Source: Puniceicoccaceae bacterium (GTDB taxonomy: Bacteria; Verrucomicrobiota; Verrucomicrobiia; Opitutales; Oceanipulchritudinaceae). Taken from it: a stretch of 64,000 nucleotides of DNA. Position numbers and translations under genes: made by a program. Positions 48,932 to 56,861 of the stretch are shown piece by piece. The DNA is taken from contig JBFOMH010000017.1 of the NCBI GenBank assembly GCA_040830765.1, forward strand, positions 96,001-160,000. The letters are read 5' to 3'. How positions within the stretch are numbered: position 1 is the first letter of the stretch; every line of letters begins with the position of its first letter. A model generated the notes under the pieces. It saw only the letters and a program-made list of their open reading frames with translations. It was not told the DNA's origin and ran no database searches.

Positions 48932-50494
48932 TCAGCCGGGAGGGAGCTTCATTTCCTCTTCCTGGACGTTGGTTCCTGTGTCAAAGAGATAGAACCAGCG
49001 CTCCGTCGGTTCGCACCCGACATAGTAGTAAACCCATCCTTCAAGGTAGCCGAACTTGTAGAAATAGGGGTAGAGGTCGGCGTTCGTCCAGTACCAGCAA
49101 TCGAGTCCGTAGTCGAAGATGTAGGCCGAGAGCTCGTCCCCGGTGGAGAATTGCCAGCCGTGCTCGGAGTGCCACATGAAGAGATCAGAAGCCTCGCTGT
49201 AGTAACCGTACCAGTCGGAGTAATTCCAGAACTCGTCGACCTTCTTGTCGAAGATCCACAGCCCGTCGAGGGTGGCGTGGTAGGCGGAGGGTTGATAGGG
49301 ATCATCGACCCCGATTTGCCCGGCAACCGCCCGCCCGTCAGCGGAAACAGCAGCAGCCGTGATGAGTGCAAAGTCGAGGGTGTCTGTCCGGGCTTCCTCG
49401 AGGAAGTCCTTGAGGATCTTGAGCTGTCCATCGGGACCCCAGATGACGGCATGGGACGTGTTGTCGAAATCCGTCATCATGCCCACGACAACTTCCCCGT
49501 CAGCTGAGATGTCGGTAACCGTTGTCATCTTGCCTTGGGTTTCCAGTTCACTGATTCCCACGATGGCATCCCAGCGAAGGATGCCGCTGGTCGAGCCGCC
49601 GCTGTACGGTGCGATGATAGCGCTCATGTCATCACTGACGAGGCTGTTGCTGCCGAAGACGGCCGGTTTCCCGCTCAGGAATGGTCCACCCGGGGCTTCA
49701 GCGAGGACATTGAATCCGTTGGTTTCGTCCCAGTACCAGATATGGGTGGGACCATGACTCCAGCCAAGTTCCAGATCATAGCCCAGTCCAATGATTTGGG
49801 TTCCATCATCGGAGCAGGCGAGGGCAGCATTCTGTCGGCCGGACTCACTTCCATCGACCGGGATGGGGCCAATGTCGACCATCAGGTTGACGCTGTCCCA
49901 GCGCCAGGTCTGGCTGCCGTTCTCGGAAAACCCGGTACCGACAACCAGCGTGCCATCCGCGGAGCAGTCGATGACGTAGGTCCGATCATATCCGCCGGGG
50001 AGAAATCCCAGGCCGGTGATCCAGCCCTCATCGCTCCAGATGGCCGCCTGGGGCGTGGCGAAGCCGTTCCTGGCAACAATCCCTTCCCCGAGCACAACCT
50101 TGCCATCGTAGGTGATGCCGGTGGCCTTGCTCTCAAACCGGCTGGTGGACAGATCACCCAGCTCCTCGATTCCTTTGGATGTCCACCGGAAGGCTTCCGA
50201 GTCGCCGTTGGCGGAGGAGCTCCAGCCAACGACAGTGGAACCATCTCCAGATATGGCCAGCGGCCGTGTTCTTTCAGCTCCGCCGGGCAGGTCACCCAGA
50301 ATGAGCGGTGCCCCCGGAGGCTTCCACCAATAGCCCCATTCTTGAGCTCCAGGCGGGGTCCTGAGTACAACAACCGCCCCGTCATCAGACATGCCCTTGG
50401 CCACAACTATTCCAGCAGCCTTGTTGAATTCACCTCCCAATGCAGCCGCAAATGCGACTGTCACCACCATGCAGGTCAGTCCCCATTTCTTCAT
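48932..50494 (-). CDS. Secreted HAF-type extracellular repeat protein with Trp/Tyr-rich C-terminal domain
   Basis: Repeats 'LGDLPGG...AISGDGSTVVG.S...EAFRW', 'S.DG..VVG'; tail WNYSDWYGYY..MWHSEHGW..WYWTN..YPY..WVYYY..RWFY; start MKKWG after GGAGG. Confidence 0.85.
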   Translation of the reverse strand: MKKWGLTCMVVTVAFAAALGGEFNKAAGIVVAKGMSDDGAVVVLRTPPGAQEWGYWWKPPGAPLILGDLPGGAERTRPLAISGDGSTVVGWSSSANGDSEAFRWTSKGIEELGDLSTSRFESKATGITYDGKVVLGEGIVARNGFATPQAAIWSDEGWITGLGFLPGGYDRTYVIDCSADGTLVVGTGFSENGSQTWRWDSVNLMVDIGPIPVDGSESGRQNAALACSDDGTQIIGLGYDLELGWSHGPTHIWYWDETNGFNVLAEAPGGPFLSGKPAVFGSNSLVSDDMSAIIAPYSGGSTSGILRWDAIVGISELETQGKMTTVTDISADGEVVVGMMTDFDNTSHAVIWGPDGQLKILKDFLEEARTDTLDFALITAAAVSADGRAVAGQIGVDDPYQPSAYHATLDGLWIFDKKVDEFWNYSDWYGYYSEASDLFMWHSEHGWQFSTGDELSAYIFDYGLDCWYWTNADLYPYFYKFGYLEGWVYYYVGCEPTERWFYLFDTGTNVQEEEMKLPPG

Positions 50495-50636
50495 TTCCCC
50501 CTCCTGTTGAATGTGTCGCGGAAAGCGTAACAAGCCGGATCGAATTTGGCAAGGCTATGTCCGGGCCGCGAACGAATCCCTGAACCTTAGGCTTGCCTTT
50601 AAGGCGCCCCTTCTTCCAATCTCCTCCCCCTTACGT

Positions 50637-50726
50637 GGAGAGATGACAGAGTGGCCGAATGTGCCTGACTCGAAATCAGGTGTGCCCTCACGGGTACCGG
50701 GGGTTCGAATCCCTCTCTCTCCGCCA
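50637..50726 (+). tRNA. tRNA-Ser(CGA)
   Basis: GGAGAGA acceptor stem pairs with TCTCTCC; anticodon arm CCTGA-CTCGAAA-TCAGG; long variable arm; GGTTCGAATCC; encoded CCA. Confidence 0.96.
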
Positions 50727-50880
50727 TTCGACAAGCTCATGGCAGGCCAAGCGAGCCAGCCCTGAGTTTATCGAAGGGAGCTTGGAATGCCTGAGCGCAG
50801 GAGAATGCCCTGCCGAAGGCACTGAGATTGCCGAAGTGAGCGATCCCGCGAAACGAAGTGAAGCGGGAGAGTCGAACGGG
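50727..50880. repeat. REP-like palindromic cluster directly after the tRNA (third family)
   Basis: TTCGACAAGCTCA (50727) inverted with TGAGTTTATCGAA (50763); degenerate copies CTGAGATTGCCGAAG and GAGTCGAACGGG. Confidence 0.6.
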
Positions 50881-50963
50881 CTTCTAAAAAAGCAAGAACT
50901 TGGGCATTTGAAATCCTGTTAACGGGGATCGGATCGTTACCACGGTCGAATTTTTCGCCGGCT

Positions 50964-52271
50964 TTATTTGTCCAAGCGGAAGCGTCGTCCAAGAATGGCC
51001 ACGGTAGCCGCTGTCCAGCCCTGCATGGGAGCGGTCGGGTAGCGTTCGACCGGAATTTCGATACCGCCGTCTGCAGCGTGGTATTTTTCCCAGAGTTTGC
51101 CGGTTTCCTCGAATTTCCGCAGAATGGTGAGGAGCAGGCGGGATGCGACAACATCTGCTTCAGCCGTGTACCCGTAGGCATCCAATCCCTCAATCAATAG
51201 GAGGTGAAAGGAAGGCCAGGCAGCCGGATAGGACCATTGCAGATGCTGGAACTCCGGATGCGGACTGGGATAAGCCTTGTCCGTGAAGGGGCAACCAAAC
51301 GGAAGGAGGAAATCGGGAAGATGACGGGAGACAAGGCACTGCGCCTGTTCGGGTGAGGCTATTCCGGCCCAGAGCGGCATGAACATTGCCAGGGAACGAA
51401 AAGGCAGCGATGTCCCGGTAGTGTATTGGAACTCGTAGTATCCTTTGCGTTCTTCGTTCCAGATGTAGTGATTTATCAATGACTTTCTCTGCTCAAACCG
51501 ATCGGCCCACTTGCTGGCCAATTCCTCAAGACCCAGTTCGCTAGCCATCCAGCCAAGGGCGGTTTCAGCCCGTGCGAGGGCAACGTTAATCATGATTGGA
51601 GTGCAGTTGCGCACGTCTCCCTCGAAGACTGCCGTGAAATCAAAGACCTCGGCTTCCGCTGCCAACTCGGGCCGCAGCCCTTCATTGAGCAGGTCCCGGG
51701 CAGTTGAAAGGCCTGTCGGGGTAAGATGGTGATCCGCGGTCCAATAGGTTTCATATTCCCGGGAAAAGCCCCCGAGCGCCTGGAGCATGAGATGCCGGTC
51801 CGGTTGCTCCATGAAGTAGCGCCGGGCCCCTTCGGCCCCAAGGGGGATCTGCGACCGTCCGAGGTAGTAGGTGCGGTTTCCGGTCAGGACGAAGCCATAT
51901 CGGTCAATGAGAAAGAGCTGGTTACGCAGGTGGTCTTGAATGGCCCCGAAGTGTTCATGGGCTCGCAGGCCTTCGTTGATAAAGAATGTATCCCAGGCAT
52001 ACATTTCACTGAAAGCTGCCTCCTTTCCACCGGGGGTCAGGTAGGGATGGGGGAGATAAAGAAGGCTATCCCGTATGCCCGTGCTGCTGTCGACCTCATC
52101 CGCGTCATGGGCATCAGGATCTCCCGGGAGAATGACATCCCGGACTGTCCGGATTTCCTTTTCCCGCGCCTGGCGACGGGAATCCAGCCAAGAGGTTCGG
52201 ATATCTGCATCGAGCTCCTGCCAAAGCCCGCGCCGTCGATTGAGTGCAACGAGTGTGTCATCCATGGGCAT
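50964..52271 (-). CDS. Trehalase (GH37)-like glycoside hydrolase, divergent
   Basis: PYLTPGG..FSEMYAWD, YGFV..GNRTYYLGRSQ, QW.YP.AWP, EKY, GWT. Confidence 0.8.
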   Translation of the reverse strand: MPMDDTLVALNRRRGLWQELDADIRTSWLDSRRQAREKEIRTVRDVILPGDPDAHDADEVDSSTGIRDSLLYLPHPYLTPGGKEAAFSEMYAWDTFFINEGLRAHEHFGAIQDHLRNQLFLIDRYGFVLTGNRTYYLGRSQIPLGAEGARRYFMEQPDRHLMLQALGGFSREYETYWTADHHLTPTGLSTARDLLNEGLRPELAAEAEVFDFTAVFEGDVRNCTPIMINVALARAETALGWMASELGLEELASKWADRFEQRKSLINHYIWNEERKGYYEFQYTTGTSLPFRSLAMFMPLWAGIASPEQAQCLVSRHLPDFLLPFGCPFTDKAYPSPHPEFQHLQWSYPAAWPSFHLLLIEGLDAYGYTAEADVVASRLLLTILRKFEETGKLWEKYHAADGGIEIPVERYPTAPMQGWTAATVAILGRRFRLDK

Positions 52272-52486
52272 CGGGCATCAGTTTCAAGCACACGAACTGC
52301 CTAGTCAATCCTGCGAAATTGTCACGACCGTCGAAATGAACAGAAGAATGAACCCATAGGCACAGGCATGGATTATTGAGAAGCGACCCAATAGCTCGAT
52401 TGATTGTTATGAGGGTGAGTTGGGGGGTAGTATGCTATGGGAATCGTTCATTTACCTGTCCCCTACACAATCTATACATTTGTGGT

Positions 52487-54466
52487 TCATCCACTGACAT
52501 TTAACTCGGTGACTGTATTGGTTAGTGGAACGGCATCCTGCGGAATCTTGTTGGAGTATACTCCCCATCGGAAGTGCCACTGTTCTCCGTCCTTCCCATC
52601 GGTAGGGCGGTCCACCATCTTGGTGCCATTGAAGTAGACCTCGACGCGGGAGCCGTCGGTACGCATCTTCGCTTTGAAGCTTCGGCCGACGTAGTCCTCG
52701 GGACTCAAGGTCACGTTTCCTGCTCCGCCATTCAGCGAACCGACTCCAACGGAGCCGTCGGGACGTATCTCAATGCGTGCGTCGGGACCGTTGGGGCCAA
52801 ACATCTGCCCGATCGTAATGGTGATTTCAGGATGTTTGTTAACCTGCATGCGGGCTTCCCACTCCATCCAGCGACCTTCCCCTTTGGTGACCCACAGGCC
52901 GTCTTCAAATTCGCAACGCTGGTGGCTGCGACCATTCACAATATGGTTGGCCATGTCGTCACCCTTATGGAGGCTAAACTCCTGGACGGGTTGGCCGTCT
53001 GAACCAAGCCATTCACTGTACCACTTGTCGGCGTCGCAAAAATCCACCCGCTCCATCCGCTTGGTCAGCACATTGTGCATGGTGAAATCATAAGGTGGCA
53101 AACCTGGAACAGGGGTGTCGAGAGTGCAGTCATCAGTATCCGCAGAGGCATCGGCAACCGCTTCGGCAAGCCCAGCTTTGCAACCTGCACAAAGGGGGTT
53201 TCCAAGTGCACAACGCCTTCCCTCCGATTTGCTATCCAGACAACCGGTCGCGGGATCAACTGTTGGCAAATGCAGGTAAGCATCGAGGGTAGGTGTTTCC
53301 CAGCCAATGGCTTTGATCGTCCTCTCGATATCCGGATCGGAATAGACAACATTGGCAATTTGCAGGGTTACCTCGAACCTTTCCGGCTGCCATTCGGTAA
53401 TCTGCATGTAGGGCCAATTATTCTCGATGCTCGTGTAGGGGAGGAGGAAGTCTATAACGGACTTGAGGTCGCCTCCGTCGGTTGCCGTGTAGTGGTAGAG
53501 GTCGATACCGACATGCTGTGCCATGTTCGCCAGGCGAAAGAAGTATTTGATGTTTTCGATGCAGTAATTCCAGCCTTTGGTTCTCCGCAGCTCTTGCGGT
53601 TGGGCACCGTCCGGTTCAATCTGTGATTCAATGCGGCAGATGGTATTATTCTCGATGATGTTTTTGGCGGTTGCGGTGTCACCCGTATAGAGCGCCAGGC
53701 TGACGACCAGCATGTCGTAGGCTGTGCCATGATTGTTGCCGGCTTTGCGTTCCTTTTTTCCAAATTCTGAAGTCAGAAGCCAATCGAGAAATTCCGCCAT
53801 CCAATGTTTCAGTTCTTCATTGTCTGCTGCACTCCACCCTGGGGAGTTTTCAATCATTCCGATGGAATCCACAAGGAGGCAGAAACGGCGTGTGTCAATA
53901 ATGCCGCCTGCAGTTCCCTCATTGTGGCCCTTTCGCACCTGGGCATGATTCAGGTTGGGATTCATCCTTGTCTCATGATCCAGAAACCATGTCCGCAGCA
54001 GCCGGCCTGCCCACTTTGCGTATTTGGGATCCCCTGAGAAGAAATAGGCCTGGCCTAGAATACCGACGTCGTCGATCAATGATTCGACTGGCCTTCGGTC
54101 CGAGACCCGGTCTCGTTCCGGATTGGTCTCACCATCCTTCCGAATGTAGGGCAGTCCATCTGGCTTTGAAGGATCCGGCCACCAGTATGGGCTCAGGCTG
54201 TAGTAATCGTGGATGTCGCCGCTGGGGGGAAGGTCCCCGGTTGCTGTGACGGAATAGATGGTGCCAGCCTCGAGAATTGCATCTGCACTCTCGATCAGGG
54301 TTTTAATCCCTTTCGCGTATGCAAAACCGGCTTCCTGCGACTGGCCTCTGATTTGTTCCAGCCTGTCGGCATTCAGGATGAAGACCCGGGGTCCTCCGGC
54401 TTGCAGGAAGGAGGTTGCGAAGATTGCTATAAGGAGCAGTGCGAATTTCATGGTCACAATACTCAT
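52487..54466 (-). CDS. Secreted alginate-lyase-family (alpha/alpha toroid) enzyme fused to a C-terminal PL7-like domain
   Basis: PPSGD.HDYYSL.PYWWP, MNPNLNHAQ, NNHGT, QI.PDG.QP.EL.RT; C-terminus QRCEF, IGQ.F, WHFRWGVY. Confidence 0.8.
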   Translation of the reverse strand: MSIVTMKFALLLIAIFATSFLQAGGPRVFILNADRLEQIRGQSQEAGFAYAKGIKTLIESADAILEAGTIYSVTATGDLPPSGDIHDYYSLSPYWWPDPSKPDGLPYIRKDGETNPERDRVSDRRPVESLIDDVGILGQAYFFSGDPKYAKWAGRLLRTWFLDHETRMNPNLNHAQVRKGHNEGTAGGIIDTRRFCLLVDSIGMIENSPGWSAADNEELKHWMAEFLDWLLTSEFGKKERKAGNNHGTAYDMLVVSLALYTGDTATAKNIIENNTICRIESQIEPDGAQPQELRRTKGWNYCIENIKYFFRLANMAQHVGIDLYHYTATDGGDLKSVIDFLLPYTSIENNWPYMQITEWQPERFEVTLQIANVVYSDPDIERTIKAIGWETPTLDAYLHLPTVDPATGCLDSKSEGRRCALGNPLCAGCKAGLAEAVADASADTDDCTLDTPVPGLPPYDFTMHNVLTKRMERVDFCDADKWYSEWLGSDGQPVQEFSLHKGDDMANHIVNGRSHQRCEFEDGLWVTKGEGRWMEWEARMQVNKHPEITITIGQMFGPNGPDARIEIRPDGSVGVGSLNGGAGNVTLSPEDYVGRSFKAKMRTDGSRVEVYFNGTKMVDRPTDGKDGEQWHFRWGVYSNKIPQDAVPLTNTVTELNVSG

Positions 54467-54644
54467 AGGGCTAAAGAAGCAGGAGTAAACATCCGTATTG
54501 TACGGACAACTTAATCGTACTCGCTCGGTGGAATTCTCCTGTTAAGTGCACTAGTGGTGGCCCCTGGGCTTAGCCGGTCGTTTTGTCCAGATTTTGGATG
54601 ATTTGTAAGTAACAGAATCATAACAACTTAAGAGGTCCTGTACA

Positions 54645-54667
54645 AATCCCTCTCTCTCTCTCCGCCA
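54645..54667 (+). repeat. Degenerate direct repeat of the tRNA-Ser 3' end (att-like)
   Basis: AATCCC(TC)5TCCGCCA versus tRNA AATCCC(TC)3TCCGCCA. Confidence 0.75.
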
Positions 54668-54777
54668 AGTTTGCTCTCCCGTTAGCACTGAACCCAACCG
54701 GTCAATCTTCTGGCTTCTCAAACAGGGATAAAGCTGATTCTGTAGTCACGTCTCATTAAGTCGCACAGGCACCTGTC

Positions 54778-56850
54778 ATGCATCCTACCCCTATCTGTTG
54801 TTGTATGTTCCGGACACTTCGTGCCGGGAATGTATTCCTCCTTTTGGCTGCCGGTCTGCAGGCACAGAATCTCATTGAGGACCGCTTTCTCTCAGACGGG
54901 CCACTGGCCGGGCAGCTTTCTTCGCCGGTGAGCAACGGGCACCCGTGGATTGAGGCGGTGTCGTCGGGGGCCGCGACTGTATCCGGGGGTCAACTGCAGA
55001 TGCGCCCGACAAGCGGGAATTCGGTCCTGGTGGCGGTGGATCCCCTGCAGAACAACCGGGTATACCGGCTTTCGGTGGATGTCTTGGACAGCGGCAACGA
55101 CTGGCTGGGACTGTCGCTCTTCAATGTCGCGGAACCCGAGGAGTGGTTCGACCCGGGGGTCCTTGGGCCCTGTGCCGTTCTTCAGAATTCCCAGGACTCG
55201 GTGAAGCTCTTCCACACCGCTGGGGGAATCACCGGTGACCAGGTCTCCGTCCCGGCACCGGGAAGCCCCATTACCGGTAATTTTGTCATCGAGGTGGCGG
55301 TGGATTGGACCGGTGCGGCGGAGCTGACTTTTCTTTGGGATGGCGTCGTTCTCAGCTCGGGCCACCGCTTGAGTGCGGAGGAGGTCGATGCCATTATGGC
55401 CGTGGGCCTGACAGTGGCCGGTGGCGGGACACCGGTAGTGGATAACTTTGTCCTGGAAATCGTGGGAACCACGGAGTCGGTGACGATCGACCTGTCCATG
55501 TCGGGAACGGAGGTTGTCCTGGACGGGTTTGGCGGACCGCCTCACGGTGCTTACAGTGTTTTGCAGGCTCCTGACCTGACCCTGCCGCTGGCCAGTTGGG
55601 AGCAGGCGGAGATCGGCATGTTCGATGCCGCGGGCGGCTCCAGCCTTTCCCTGCCGATGGTCGCCGGGGCCGACAGGTTTTACCGGATGATGGTCCTTTC
55701 CGAGGTGGCTGTTCCCGGAATAATCGAGCAGCCGCAGGACTTGGTCGTCATGGAAGGAGGCGAGGCAGCCTTTACTGTTTCCGCTGTAGGGGCTCCACCG
55801 CTACAGTATCAATGGTATCTTAATGAGAGCACGGAGATGGCCGGAAAAACGGAGTCGACCCTGACCCTTGCCAACGTCCAGTCAAACAACGCCGGGGCCT
55901 ATTCCGTTGAGGTCTCGAATTCGTTCGGGATTGCGCAGAGTGGTCAGGCACAATTGACCGTCCTCCCCGCCGGCTATGGCCCCTTTGGTTGGGCCTCCAT
56001 GAACGGGGGAACCACCGGCGGTGAAGGAGGGGCAACCGTTGTTGTCACAACCCGGAGCGAGTTACAAAACGCCCTCAATACCAATGGCCCCTTGATCATT
56101 CAACTTTCCGGTATCATCGATGCCGGGTTGGTCATCCAGGGGAAAAGCGACAAGACCATCGAGGGGCTCGACGCGAACTCCGGCTGGGACAGTTTCATCC
56201 AGTTCAAGAACTGCCACAATATCATCATCCGGCACTGCAACATCGGCAATTCCGGCAGCGACGGGATTACCATCCAGGATAGCTCGACCAACTTCTGGAT
56301 CGACCACTGCACCCTTGGGGATTGCGGGGACGGCCAGATCGACATCGTCCGCGGGTCGGACTTCGTCACTGTCTCCTGGTGCAAATTCATCTATACCGAT
56401 CCGTCCAATGAGCACCGCCTGCCCAACCTGATCGGGAGCAGCAGTGAACTCGTGGAGGACGCCGGCCACCTTCGGGTCACTTTCCACCACAACTGGTGGT
56501 CCGACCTCTGTCACGGGCGCATGCCCCGGGTCCGCTTCGGCCAGGTGCACGTCTACAACAACTATTATTCCATTCCCGACCATGGCGGCTATTGTATCGT
56601 CGCCGCCTGGCAGTCGCAGCTCCTCGTGGAGAACAACTACTTCCACCTCGTCAAGGATCCCTGGACGATCACCGACATCGGGGCCGGCAACCCCGGCAGG
56701 CTCAAGGCCACCGGCAACATCCTCGACCAGACGACCGGCACGGTCAGTTCAGGGGATGATGAGGTTTTTACGCCCCCCTATCCCTACATCCTTGAGGACC
56801 CGATTGTTGCCAGGGACCGGATCATCGCCGGGGCCGGGAATGTGTTCTGA
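54778..56850 (+). CDS. Secreted PL1 pectate lyase with N-terminal beta-sandwich, FYR module and Ig domain
   Basis: GGTTGGEGG, NIIIR, WIDHC, DGQIDI, VTFHHNW, RMPRVRFG; Ig 'PLQYQWY...LTL..V..NAGAYSV'. Confidence 0.9.
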   Translation: MHPTPICCCMFRTLRAGNVFLLLAAGLQAQNLIEDRFLSDGPLAGQLSSPVSNGHPWIEAVSSGAATVSGGQLQMRPTSGNSVLVAVDPLQNNRVYRLSVDVLDSGNDWLGLSLFNVAEPEEWFDPGVLGPCAVLQNSQDSVKLFHTAGGITGDQVSVPAPGSPITGNFVIEVAVDWTGAAELTFLWDGVVLSSGHRLSAEEVDAIMAVGLTVAGGGTPVVDNFVLEIVGTTESVTIDLSMSGTEVVLDGFGGPPHGAYSVLQAPDLTLPLASWEQAEIGMFDAAGGSSLSLPMVAGADRFYRMMVLSEVAVPGIIEQPQDLVVMEGGEAAFTVSAVGAPPLQYQWYLNESTEMAGKTESTLTLANVQSNNAGAYSVEVSNSFGIAQSGQAQLTVLPAGYGPFGWASMNGGTTGGEGGATVVVTTRSELQNALNTNGPLIIQLSGIIDAGLVIQGKSDKTIEGLDANSGWDSFIQFKNCHNIIIRHCNIGNSGSDGITIQDSSTNFWIDHCTLGDCGDGQIDIVRGSDFVTVSWCKFIYTDPSNEHRLPNLIGSSSELVEDAGHLRVTFHHNWWSDLCHGRMPRVRFGQVHVYNNYYSIPDHGGYCIVAAWQSQLLVENNYFHLVKDPWTITDIGAGNPGRLKATGNILDQTTGTVSSGDDEVFTPPYPYILEDPIVARDRIIAGAGNVF

Positions 56851-56861
56851 GTCGTCGGTGC

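Larger units (their letters stand above)
50727..54667. mobile_element. Putative integrase-less genomic islet at tRNA-Ser
   Basis: Bounded by the tRNA 3' end and its degenerate duplicate at 54645-54667; cargo is two carbohydrate enzymes. Confidence 0.65.

Noticed and set aside
50511..50922. Small ORFs 50511-50765, 50555-50740 and 50659-50922
   Set aside because: They overlap the tRNA-Ser and adjacent repeats and have no protein features
54467..54644. Integrase remnant next to the att-like repeat
   Set aside because: No recognisable tyrosine or serine recombinase fragment in this short AT-rich stretch
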